Positions 41,457-54,050 of a stretch of DNA of 64,000 nucleotides are shown here, piece by piece. The stretch covers positions 38,638,464-38,702,463 of the forward strand of contig NC_043011.1 in assembly GCF_006345805.1 (NCBI RefSeq), written 5' to 3'. How positions within the stretch are numbered: position 1 is the stretch's first letter; each line of letters begins with the position of its first letter. The translations under genes and the position numbers were made by a program. The notes under the pieces are model-generated. The model saw only the letters and a list, made by a program, of their open reading frames with translations, was not told the origin of the DNA and ran no database searches. Source of the stretch: Octopus sinensis. Lineage: Eukaryota.

Positions 41457-41679
41457 ATATAAATATATATATATATAATATATATATTTATCGTAGGAAT
41501 AAAAGAAGAAACAGTTACTGCGAAAATGAAATTGTAGTTAGTTGGAACCATAGCGTCTCAAAATGGACGTCACTGCGCTGCATATTGATCGAACGCTGAC
41601 CTAAACCTTGTGAGTGTAGTATCACACACGCACCCACACACACACACGCACCCACACGTACATACATGCATACACACAT

Positions 41680-41862
41680 ACATACATACATACATACATA
41701 CATACATACATACATACATACATACATAAATACTTACATACATACATACATAAATAAATACATACATACATACATACATACATACATACATACATACATA
41801 CATACATACATACATACATACATACATACATACATACATACATACATACATACATACATACA
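41680..41862. repeat. (TACA)n microsatellite
   Basis: Direct reading. Confidence 0.95.
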
Positions 41863-41890
41863 TAGGATAGAGAAGAGAAACTATGTACAG

Positions 41891-42163
41891 TTGTGGTAAT
41901 CAACTGCCCAGCGGATCTGCGAAAAAGAAAATACATACGCTGAACATTTGAGGAATCTCTAGCTATTCTGTCCAGGTTACAATTTCAGGTTTATGCCTGT
42001 AATTATTGGGGCAGTGGGATATGTAACACACTGCCTAAATACCAACCTTGAGAAATTAGGTTTCTCAGGACCAGGAAAGAGAAAACTGATTCGAAGACAA
42101 CCGATTCAATTCAGCACTGGATCTGTAAAGAGTCGTAAAACTTTCCAGAGTTTTATCATTTAA
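41891..42163 (+). pseudogene. C-terminal fragment of an RLE-type non-LTR element; second partial copy at ~42400-42522
   Basis: NTYAEHLRNL*LFCPGYNFRFMPVIIGAVGYVTHCLNTNLEKLGF resembles the K-Y...PVIIGALG end of restriction-like endonuclease ORFs. Confidence 0.6.
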
Positions 42164-42879
42164 GTATATATGAGCCTGTCTATATGTGCAACTGGACGCA
42201 TGAGAATATATGCATAAAACATAACATACAAGGCTGCACATATACATGCATAGAAAAATACCTTATTGATGTTGCTGAAATTTCGATGAAGGAGTCTTGA
42301 ATCTAGGTTAGAAACAGGCTGTTTTTCTTTCGGCAAGAAACCTTGAAATAAAACTGAATAGAGACATATATACATACATATAATCGCCGTAAAAGGAATA
42401 TGTACGCTGAGCAATTGTGTAAATTACAGCGAAACTAATCAGATTACAAGTTCAGGTTCATACCTGTTATTATTGTAGAACAGTGATATGTAACAAACTG
42501 CCAAAAGCACCAATCTTGAGAAGGGGTGGGGGGCAGTGAATGGAAATTTTGTTGGGGTGGGGTTGTTTCATTTTACTATCAAACATGAGGATAATTTTCT
42601 TGGAAAATGAAAAGTTCGTTTGTGAATCGGGATGTGACATTGTAATGATGGGACGAAGTAAAAGTGTGGGGGGGTAGGTGGGTGTATGGTTGTTGCCATG
42701 GTTACAGTGGTATGATTCAAAGTTGTGATATTAGTTAGCGTAGCAGTAGCTAGAATTATGATGTAATGTTATTAACTATTGGCAAATGTAGCTGCGTGGT
42801 AAGAAGTTCGCTTCTCAACTACACAGTTCTAGGTTCAGTCCCACTGTGTGGCACCTCAGGCAAGCGTCTTCTACTGTAG

Positions 42880-43262
42880 TTCTTTTTTTTATTGCCCACA
42901 GGGGGCTACACATAGAGGGGACAAACAAGGACAGGCAAAGCATTAAGTCGATTATATCGACCCCAATGCGGAACTGCTACTTAATTTATTGACCCCGAAT
43001 GGATGAAAGGCAAAGTTGACCTCGGCAGACAAAATACCTATTTCTTTATTGCCCACAAGGGGCTACACACAGAGGGGACAAACAAGGACAGACAAACGGA
43101 TTAAGTCGATTATATCGACCCCAGTGCGTAACTGGTACTTATTTAATCGACCCCGAATGGATGAAAGGCAAAGTTGACCTCGGCGGAATTTGAACTCAGG
43201 ACGTTAACGGCAGACGAAATACCGCTAAACATTTCGCCCGGCGTGCTAACGTTTCTGCCAGC
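42880..43262 (-). mobile_element. SINE-B full copy (43038-43262) plus tandem 3' partial copy (42880-43027)
   Basis: Near-identical to 48587-48816. Confidence 0.9.
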
Positions 43263-43779
43263 ACAAAACCAGAAAGTAGAATTCTACTGCGACTACAGGT
43301 TCAAGCCATCAACAGAACAGTGAAAATTTTATATATAATTTTATATATTATATATATATATATATAGATATATATAGCAGAATTTCATGAGAAAATGTTT
43401 ATGTGATTGGAGATTATCATAAAATAAAAACAACAAACAATACCATATTACGTTCCTTTCTTTTAAGATAATCAAACATTTTGATGATTCACTGTTTATT
43501 AATTATCTAATGGCAAAGAAGCATTGTATAAGCAATTGGTGATTTCTCTGTAAGGCAAAGTTCGTAACCAGATTATAAATTCACTTTGCTTATATATGTT
43601 CTTGAAAACGTCATGAATACACACACACACACACACACATATCTATATATATGTTTCTGTGTTCTGATGAGTAAGCAGAAGATTCCGTTCTGAAAATATA
43701 CAGAGTAATCCATTAATCAGCATAAGATGTTTGCTTGCGTATATGTTATGTTACCTTTCGAGATTAGTATGTCATCGTT

Positions 43780-43872
43780 GGCAGGGACGGTAATGGTGAT
43801 GGTGGTGGCGATGATGGCGGCGGTGCTCGCGGCGGTGGCTGTGATGGCGGCGGCGGCGGTGTTGGTGTTGGT

Positions 43873-43921
<49 letters not shown>

Positions 43922-43990
43922 GTGGTTGCGGTGGTGGTGGTGGTGGTGGTGTTGGTGGTGGTGGTGGTGGTGGTGGTGATGGTGCAGATG
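43780..43990. repeat. GC-rich (GGC/GGT)n compound microsatellite
   Basis: Direct reading; includes a pure (GGC) run of about a dozen units. Confidence 0.9.
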
Positions 43991-44176
43991 CTGGTGATAT
44001 TTACATGTAGCGACTAACGTATATTAGAATCTATATACAAACATCCACATATACATATATATATATATATATATATATTGGTAAAAACGGTAAGATAACA
44101 AAAGAAAGAAAGAGACCTCAGTATTATGTAAATAGAGGAATTTATCTGTAAATATAACGAGACAATTATTCGGTAG

Positions 44177-44213
<37 letters not shown>

Positions 44214-44451
44214 GTGGGTGTGTGTGTGTGTGTGTATGTATGTATAAGATCCGAAAATTAAGAAAAATTTTCTACCAGCGGCTAGCATGAGTAATAAAGT
44301 CAATTAACGACATATTTTTCATATAAAATAGCGTACGTATTTATACACAAAAGAGGTGACCTTTAATAGGATACCTTACACGATAGAAAGGGTCGTTAAA
44401 GCCCAAACCAGGAATAAGAGTAATTTCAAAAGGAATAAAAAATAAGAAAAG

Positions 44452-44640
44452 TATTTCTATAGTTAGCCCTAGACTCGAGTTTCTGCATTAATGCGCAAAT
44501 AAATAAATTTACCGTCCATGCTTCTTGAGTAAAGGCGCTAAGATTAATTCATATTTATGCAGCACGGAGAATACACGTGCTAGATTATTTTATTTGCACT
44601 TTATTGCAGAAACTCGATTCTAGTGGTAACTATAGAAATA
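44452..44640. mobile_element. MITE with ~60-bp imperfect TIRs and probable TA target-site duplication
   Basis: 44452-44511 versus the reverse complement of 44581-44640: tatttctatagtta..ctag..tcgagtttctgca..gcaaataaa. Confidence 0.75.
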
Positions 44641-44768
44641 TATTTATTTATTATTCGCTTTCAAATTACTCTTATTCGCGCTTTGGGCTTTAACTGCCCT
44701 TTCTATCATGTAAGGTGTCCTGTTAAAGATCATCTCTTTTGTGTATAAATACGTATATAAATACGTAT

Positions 44769-44866
<98 letters not shown>

Positions 44867-45440
44867 TAGATATAGATATATGTATGTATGTATGTATATA
44901 TATATATATATATATCCATGCTGAATTACAAACGCCCGACGGACGGGAACGTGAAACTCTGAGTGGCAGTATTTTGTGATATTTTTCTGATGTTTTTGTA
45001 ACTTTAATAATAAAGTACACACACACACACACACACACACATGCACACACGCACTAACATACACACACACACAGACACACACACACACGCACATACGCAC
45101 ACACACAGCGCATGGCTAATCGTCTATATTTGTAAGGTATTTTATATTGTATGGATTGATTATCCACTTACTATTTTGAGGTGTGTTGTACAATGTGTTG
45201 TGTTGCGATTGCTTCTTGTTGTAAAGGCATGTTCGGGTTAGGAGACATGGTTGTGCGAGCATGACCAACGTAACAACTGGAGTCGTGAATTTTATAGCTT
45301 TCAGTTTTACAATCAAATTTGTAGATCATGTTTGGTCATTAGTGACACGTATATACAATGGACTCTCCCGCTAAATAGGGCTAAATAGCGGTGGTGTGAT
45401 TCCCTTTATGCGAATGTCACATTAAGTTGACAGTATACAA

Positions 45441-45490
<50 letters not shown>

Positions 45491-45714
45491 ATATATATAT
45501 ATATTCTCGCTCAGAATTGATGAAGCATGGAATAAACTAGCCGCATCCGTCGTTAGCTGTTGAGATATTACATTCTTGAAAACTTGCACGCTTCTAGGAA
45601 TTTCTTAGTTGCAGTGCACCTGAGTACTGTATACAACAATTTCTTTCATGTATATACATACATAAATATATATATATTATATATATATATATATATGTGT
45701 GGTGTGTGTGTGTG

Positions 45715-45920
45715 TGTGTGTTTGTCCCCATCCCCCAGCATCGCGTGACTACCGATGCTGGTGTGTTTACGTCACTGTAACTTAGCGGTTCGGCCAAAGA
45801 GACCGATAGAATAAGTACTTGGCTTACAAAGAATAAGTCTTGGGGTCGATTTGCTCGACTAAAGGCGGTGCTCCAGCATGGCCACAGTCAAATGACTGAA
45901 ACAAGTAAAAGTAAAAGAGT
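45715..45920 (+). mobile_element. SINE-A 3' half
   Basis: Body plus tail ggcggtgctccagcatggccacagtcaaatgactgaaacaagtaaaa. Confidence 0.85.
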
Positions 45921-47339
45921 ATATATATATATATATATATATGGTAAAGGGAACCAGTGAAATAAATACTCAGGGCAGGCAAGGGTTTAACACGTTAAGT
46001 ATGATTTAACAAGCATGTTTGAGTTAGACTGATTGCCTGTCATCGTGAATGAAGCAAGTGGGAATATATGATATGTGCTTAAAATGACAACACATCCATC
46101 TGCTGCGAAATACAAATAGTCACAGGCACATTCGCATAAACATACACAAAAAATAACACAACACAACACACAGATACATTCATCAATAGAGACACACACA
46201 GTATCATTGGCACAGAAATGCATGCTTATATCAGGCACAGAAACGCACACCGAACACTACACAGATTCTATGTGCTATGAGGAGTAATAATACGTTTGAT
46301 ATTTAGATATCTCAAAGCTGTCACTCCAGGCTACCACTGTCAATAAGAAGCTAATATAAACATCCAATTTAATCTTTAAATTATATCCAGTGATATTTTG
46401 TTGAGCCTATTAATCCATTATGTGCGAGGTTTGCTGTAAAAGTACACGAAATGTAAGCGTTACCACGATGATTCTCAACAGAGTTTCATATGGCATTTGT
46501 CGGGTCATAACATTTCTCGGTTCTTAACATTTATCTACTATAAGCTAATTTTATAAAACACAACATATTTTAATTTTTTAATCTAGGTCTTAAGAAAATT
46601 CAATTAAAACACAAGGTTGTATTCTTTTTATATATATATAGAATGACTGTGGAGGTCCCGTAATATAAAATAGGAACCAAAGCGAACCATTGCCTTAAGG
46701 AATTCTGAAAGTAGTTTAGACGTGGCACAGGTTTGGAAAATCAACGATCTGACTGTCAATCAACTGCTCTATAACAGAGTTCATCTCTGTCAAAATGCTA
46801 GTAAACAGCATGCATGAATGAATATATTCTCAGACAGGCCAGGGTTGCGAGTTTCAATTTGTTTACATGTGCACGATGTGAAAAGTGAGAAATTCTTGAC
46901 ATATGTGCGATGACACAAATGTGAATACACTCACACACACATACACACAAACACACACTCAAATACACAAACACATACACACTGTTGTATATACAGACAC
47001 ACACATACACCAAAATATAATTCTGTATTTATGTGTGTGTGTGTATGTGTATTTCCGTGTATATATGTATATGTATATGCATGTATATGTATGTCTTGTA
47101 TGTATGTCTAGGTGTGTAAGGAGATATATGTATCAAGTATACGTGTATGTGTGTGTGTGTGTGAGTGCGTGTGTGAGTGTGTGTGCATCTGTGTCTATAT
47201 GGATGTATTTGCTTTTATGTGTATATATATGTGTGTTTGTGTGTAGATAAAACTTACTTGGAAAAAGATGCGTGGCGTTCGATCATATGATATAAATAAT
47301 ATATAAATATATGTATGTATGATATATAAAATATATATA

Positions 47340-47379
<40 letters not shown>

Positions 47380-47456
47380 ATATATATATGTAGGTCCGGG
47401 TTGAGTCGGGGTTAACCACAGTAAATAAGGTACTCAATACATAGCAGAGTAAATTA

Positions 47457-47589
47457 ATTTATTTTATAGAAGGAGCTTCTACGGACTAGAACTGTTTCAT
47501 TCAAAAGAAATCATCAGGAAGCGCTTCCTGATGATTTCTTTTGAATGAAACAGTTCTAGTCCTGTAGAAGCTCCTTCTATAAAATAAAT
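47457..47589. repeat. 133-bp near-perfect palindrome with no spacer
   Basis: The arms match except for a 1-nt deletion in the left arm; centre gaagc|gcttc. Confidence 0.95.
47523..47571 (+). ncRNA. Type I hammerhead motif in the right arm of the palindrome
   Basis: gcttc-CTGATGA-t-ttc-tttt-gaa-t-GAAA-cag-ttctagtc-ctg-TA-gaagc. Stems I and III pair fully; GUA site; weak stem II with a U-U closing pair. Confidence 0.65.
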
Positions 47590-47607
47590 ATATATATATA
47601 TATATGC

Positions 47608-47762
<155 letters not shown>

Positions 47763-48586
47763 TGTATGCATACACACGCGTCTAAACACACACATATATA
47801 TATATGTACTTAGGTATGCAAGTACGTATGAATGTATGTACGCACGCAAGTATGTATGTCAGTTCACTTGTGAAATCCCTCTTGTATTCTGCTGGTAACA
47901 TGGAATACAATACAAACTGTTGTATGGTGGGGTTCTGAACGACTAACACGGCACCCCCATTAGCTTTGCTTCGTCAGAAGGGTTGCTAGAAACCCACCAA
48001 GACTAAAACAAAACCTACCAAAAGGACGGATGAACCTACAATAGGTTCAACAGCTAGCTACCACTAGTACGGGTCCTCTGGTTAGTGTTTGGTGTCCTGG
48101 TAGACCACTTGTAGTGAAGAACCCCTCAGTTTTTATTAAAACATGTCTCTAGGAGTTTACTCTGATATAAAACCAGATATGCAAGGAATGGCATTGAACA
48201 TTTTGGGTATTAGTTTGCGCTTCTAATGATGGTCGTCTCACATTTCTGGGATTGTGACCCATATTGACCCTGAATATCTTTTTCTGTCTTCTGGATCATT
48301 ATTAATAGAGGGAATAGGGTCTGTGAGGTTCACTTCAAACCTTATTGACTAAAACTTTTGGGGTTGTGCTATCGCCAGCGAGGCGACTTTCCGCTGCCCG
48401 GTCATATAAAATAAGGTCGCGGCGATCATGGAAACCGCGGGAGCAGACCCGATTGAAAGCGTACTTCCAGTTTAATAACCACAAGTAGGGACATTGCTAG
48501 CAGTTTGCATTAGCAATGGTTAGCGATGATCTTTCTCGATCACGAATGGAAACCCATCGCCATCATATCTGAATGTATGTATGTAT

Positions 48587-48816
48587 GCGGCTAGCTGGCA
48601 GAAACGTTAGCACGCTGGGCGAAGTGCGTAGCCGTATTTCGTCTGCCGTTACGTTCTGAGTTCAAATTCCGCCGAGGTCGACTTTGCCTTTCATCCTTTC
48701 GGGGTCGATAAATTAAGTACCAGTTACGCACTGGGGTCGATGTAATCGACTTAATCCGTTTGTCTGTCCTTGTTTGTCCCCTCTGTGTTTAACCCCTTGT
48801 GGGTAGTAAAGAAATA
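48587..48816 (+). mobile_element. SINE-B full copy
   Basis: tRNA-like head, B-box gagttcaaattcc, core and 3' tail ttgtcccctctgtgtttaaccccttgtgggtagtaaagaaata. Confidence 0.9.
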
Positions 48817-49400
48817 TATATATGTATATCTATATATTTATATATAAAATAATGATTTCAAATGTTTGCCACAAAGGCAGCTTGGGATGTGAGGATTTAG
48901 TTGATTACATAGACCCCAGTGCGTAACTGGTACTTATTTCATCGAGCACCAACCGGATGAAAGGCAAAGTCGACCCCAGCGGAATTTGAACTCGGAAATC
49001 CCGCTAAGCATGTGTATGTATATATATATATATATAAAGTAATGAAATATGCAGCGTTTGGGGGATAACACAGCCTATTGCTATAATTAATTTGAAACGC
49101 AAAGTAAGCTATCTATCGTATCCGTATTAATTTTTTTATGTATAATACTAAAACAGTTTTAACCAAACTTTAAACATTAAGCGAAGTGTTTAGCGCAGGT
49201 AATTTTCTTGCTTCGTGGAAGAACATACATATATTCACATACATACCACACATGACTATTTCCAAACACGCTCACCCACAAACACATGCTCATGTATATA
49301 TAATATATATATATATATATATTATATATAATACATTTACATACATATATATACTTATATATAATGGATGTACATGTACATATATATATATATATATATG

Positions 49401-49494
<94 letters not shown>

Positions 49495-50227
49495 CATAAT
49501 ACATAATGCATACATACATACATATTCTCACACACATAGACGAAAATTTTAAATAGACTTTCACATTTATAAATAGAGCAATAACAAAATGCAATTATTG
49601 GTGATGTTACGTGTGAACGTGAATACTCGCACCTGTCCATACATGCACAAATGTGCATGCATATGCGTATTTATTCATTTCTGAAAAAGCCTTACGGCTT
49701 CTCTGCATTTTATGGATCAGGTGTCTTATTAATTGCCGATTCCAAATATTTTACACGTCCAGTCCATTATATATCATTGGATCATCTGGCGTTTCTCATG
49801 CAACGGAAATTGTTTTTCAAGTCCTGTACTTGTTGGGAGGGTGACTTTTCTTCAATTTGTTCCCCAGTAGTTTGGCTTCTGTTTTCAGGGTTTGTGCGTG
49901 TCATGATGCTATAAAGTAATAATGCTTTAATCCAATTTTAGTGGGAAACGCAACTAAAATTGTTAGTAATATTTAAATGTGAGCGTATGAATTAGTCTGT
50001 GAGTGTGTATGTGTATGAGTGTATGTGTGTGTGTGTGTGAATGAGTTACTGTGTGTGTGTGTGTGTTTGTGTGTGTGAATGAGTTACTGTGTGTGTGTGT
50101 GAATGAGTTAGTGTGTGTGTATCGATAACGCAGAGGGTAGAGTGGTGGACTTTACTCTTACTTTAAACCTTTGACGTTCGTAGGTCAGTAGTTCGGATCT
50201 TCTAACGAGATTCGCTCTCTTTCTGCA

Positions 50228-50487
50228 TGAATGGATGAATAGATGGATGGATGGATGGATGGATGGATGGATGGATGGATGGATGGATGGATGGATGGAT
50301 GATGGATGGATGGATGGATGGATGATGATGGATGGATGGATGGATGATGATGGATGGATGGATGGATTGGTGATGGATGGATGGATGGATGGATGGATGG
50401 ATGGATGGATGGATGGATGGATGGATGGATGGATGGATGGATGGATGGATGGATGGATGGATGGATGGATGGATGGATGGATGGATG
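50228..50487. repeat. (GATG)n microsatellite
   Basis: Direct reading. Confidence 0.95.
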
Positions 50488-51567
50488 TCTGTCTTCAATT
50501 TTTCTCTTCTTTCAGTTATTAGACAACGGTTATGATGTGACACCACCTTCAAGGAATTTTTAGACGAAAGAATCAACTCGAGGGCTTAAGTTTTTAAGCC
50601 TATTACATACTCTGTCGCGTAATTTTGCCGAATTGCTAAATTACGTGGACGTCAAAATCACACCCTCACATTGGTGTGACATGGGCCGAAAGCTTTTGCG
50701 CCTGCATCTTGATCAATCAGCTCTGTTTCAGAGCTGAAAACTAAACAACCACGCAATAGCATAAACAACAATAAAGCAATCGCAAATTGTCGCTAGAGCA
50801 ACTAAAAATCGATGAAAATTCCCTCAAACCTTTTCCTAACGACTATGAAACGAACGTAGAGGATAATGTATAGATACGTGGTAAAAAAAAGACGGATGGT
50901 TCACTGCTAAAATCGCTTGAGACGGCTTGATGAGAGCTGTGTTGACTTTAAAAAAAACAACAGCAACAACAACAGTAACAATAACAACAGCATAGGTTTT
51001 AATTTAACGTTCACACAACAAAGACACCAACACCATTTACTTGGCATGTAAAGCAAAAATTATATGAGACAACTAAATCATCTTTCTGTAAGATTATGTC
51101 TCATGTAATCATGACAAATATATAAACATGATCAATATTGACATTGAGTTGGGGAATTATATGACCCAGTCAAGGAAGAAGAACTGACCCCTTCAATAAT
51201 ATCAGGGTGTCCGATATTGGTGGAAGACAGTGTAGACAAAAGTCCTAACTTAAATGTTTGGAAGAAAAATAATTATACAAGACCAAGATTACGGATTAAG
51301 TCGTATTAAGCCTACTAATCTAATTAAGTCGTATTAAGCCTACTAAGATTCATTGCCTTGACGGGTGTCATGAAGTCATCACCGGCCAAATTTTGGTTGA
51401 TCCGAGTCTAAAGCGGAAGACCCCAGACCAAACTGCTGTGAATTAAGGCTGATGAATAACTGCCACGAAGGGGTGTGAGCTAGCAGTTACTGGGTTGCAT
51501 TCACGAACTTGAGATCGTAGTTTCGATACCGGGATTGACAGCACGTTGTGGTCTTGAACAAAATATA

Positions 51568-52133
51568 TTGGGTTGTCCGGAAAGTTCGTGCCGATTTATA
51601 GTAGCTTACCTTTCGACTTATTTTAGAACATAGTTGAGTCCATAAAATAGGATTTGACTATACCTCCATTTAGAGCACGGTTTAAGCTATCTTTTCGTGG
51701 AAGGAGGTATAAGTTCCTATAACCTGTGTTAATTCTGTAACCCTTTAAAATGGAAGATACGAAAGTTCATTTTCGGCACTTGATGCTTTGAGAGCCAGGC
51801 AAAAATTGCTGCAGTTCGGCTGGGATGTGTTAGCCCACCCTTCAAATTCACCAGATATCGCTCCTTCGGATTTCCACTTATTCAAGTCTCTGCAGAATAG
51901 TCTTAATGGTAAAAATTTCAATTCCTTGGATGACGTAAAAAGATACCTTAATGAATTCTTTGCCATGAAACCACCTCAATTCTGGGAAGAGGATATTTTC
52001 AAGTTAACGGAAAGATGGAGACGCATTGTGCAACAAAATGGTTCATATTTGGTTGATTAAAAATATAAAGGCAAGTATTTATTGACCTTTTTCTTTCCTT
52101 CAAAAATCGGCATGGACTTTCCGGACAACCCAA
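51568..52133 (+). mobile_element. Internally deleted mariner transposon
   Basis: TIRs ttgggttgtccggaaagttcgtgccgattt / aaatcggcatggactttccggacaacccaa with TA duplication. The transposase start (MEDTKVHFRHLML, ATG 51750) is fused to the C-terminus WDVLAHPSNSPDIAPSDFHLF (YSPDLAPSD-type motif). Confidence 0.93.
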
Positions 52134-53106
52134 TATAATTTATGTGCACCTGAAAGTACCATTAAATATTTGAAATTCAAATACAAAAAGTGATGTAAAC
52201 AAGAATCAATCACAAAAACATCTTAGGCAGCATGGTAACCAGTTAAGCTGTGGATTTGTGAGTCCTAGAGAACATGACATACCGAAAAAATGCCGAATTT
52301 GCGCAGCGAACTTCTGAGCTCTACGTGTATGCGCTCTCTTAAAGAAATGAAAAAAAATATTTAATTACGCAGAAACACGCAGGCAATGAAGAAGTTATAA
52401 GATTATATGTTGTGACGTGGTTCAAGAAAATGAATACATACATTTTCACAAAGCATTATGGATTGTGTAGTAAGATGAAGTGGATGAAGAATTTGGAGAA
52501 AAGTCAAGAAAGAACTTGGAAAAGGAAACGGTAGCAGACAATTGCATTACCCTCTCTATGACGAGACGAAAAGACTGAATTGTGTTGGCAACATTTGTAA
52601 ATTACTAATCTTCCAAAATACATTTTAGTCTAAATGTAATCAAGTATGACAGTGATTATCTAATAAATTAATTGTTTTCATAAATTTTAATCAGTATTTG
52701 TAACTAACAATGGCAGGTGAATGAAATTGAGACAATATGGCGCTATGATAGCAATAATATCAGAACGATTGCCACGTGATATGATATTTAGCTCCAGGTC
52801 TGCTGTGATTGAAAAGACCTTTGAGAAGATTTATGATCGTTGTATTCCAGCCACGACCAGGGTTTGACATCTGTCGCTTTCATCTTTTACTTGTTTCGGT
52901 CATTAGAAAATCGACCATGCTGGAGCAACACCTTGAATGGTTTTAGTCGAAGAAATCGACAACAGTACATATTTTAAAGTCTGGTAGTTATTCAGTCAAA
53001 CTCATTTACCCAACTGATAAGTTTGCGCGGAGAGTGAGTGAAAAATCGACAACAGTCGTCAGCGATAGGTGTGTATTATATATATGTATATATGATATAT
53101 ATATAT

Positions 53107-53137
<31 letters not shown>

Positions 53138-53391
53138 CTATATATATATATATATATTATAACTATATAGAAGGGCAAGATTTATTAAGCAAATAATTAA
53201 TCAATAACTAAATAAAACATTAATTAACCATTTATCAAGTAGATCGGTACGTTAAAATAACCTTTATAGGTAAAATTATCACATAATTATAATTAGGGTT
53301 CAAAACTGCTTCACCACATACCGAAATTAGAAAAAGTAGTTAAAAATTCCTTTTCTGCTACTATAAGAATCTCCATGACGGTAAACGGTTT

Positions 53392-53443
<52 letters not shown>

Positions 53444-53720
53444 TATGCATAAGGGGGCACATGACGTCACGTAACTTGAAAAAAAAAGTACGAAGCACAA
53501 GTATATGGAACATAAACTATTCTTTCGAACGACGAAAGACACAAATGGAAAACAAAACAAACAACAAAAAAGAACGACCCTTCATCAGTTGTTGGCTGTT
53601 TTTCTAGTCTCGTATTTCGAGCATTTAACAATAATATACGCTTTCGTTAAAACAGTTGCTCCCGCAAAGCAAATTAAATAAAATTTTGGAAAGTTCTTTA
53701 ACCCTTGGCGACGGAATAAT

Positions 53721-53770
53721 GGGTCACTGATGAAGATTAATCAAATCGAAAATCAGCGCTTATATGACTC
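53721..53770 (+). ncRNA. Type I hammerhead motif, near intact
   Basis: gggtca-CTGATGA-a-gatt-aatca-aatc-GAAA-atcagcgctta-TA-tgactc. 6-bp stem I, 4-bp stem II, imperfect palindromic (AGCGCT) stem III. Confidence 0.6.
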
Positions 53771-54013
53771 GTTAGAAAAGTACTCTCAGTTGTTTTGACT
53801 CTTATTTCTAGCAATGATGGTGCTGACAAGCACCCTCCGAAGCTTCAGTGACAACTATACTTGTTATCCTTCGGTTGTAAATTGCGAAGAGCTACGTTTG
53901 TAATTTGTGTGTGTGTGTGTGAGTGTGTGTGTGGTGTGTGTGTGTGTGTGTGCATCACTCTACACCAGATTATTCACCTCGCTATGCTGCAACGAAATAT
54001 TAATATATACATA

Positions 54014-54050
<37 letters not shown>

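Noticed and set aside
39440-42360. Shared ~100-bp repeat (39440-39535 and 42255-42360) with ..ATGA..GAAAc(t/a)ggc
   Set aside because: A real dispersed repeat, but the core is too far from CUGANGA to call a ribozyme.
43660-43710. CTGATGA...GAAA resembling a hammerhead; similar cases at ~38670-38710, ~53560-53620, ~56360-56400 and ~58880-58910
   Set aside because: Stems I and III or the NUH site cannot be formed in register.
48100-48340. Possible CR1-like 3' remnant (PKMFNAIP, minus); also FSLRIDEAWNKL at ~45505-45560 (plus)
   Set aside because: Only one short motif each, too decayed to support as features.
50640-50960. Mariner-like non-coding remnant with a cagctctgtttcagagctg hairpin
   Set aside because: No matching TIR pair or ORF could be delimited.
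50020-51350. Short local duplications: gaatgagtta x3 in (TG)n at 50020-50120 and a ~25-bp direct repeat at 51293-51346
   Set aside because: Ordinary slippage duplications with no further structure.
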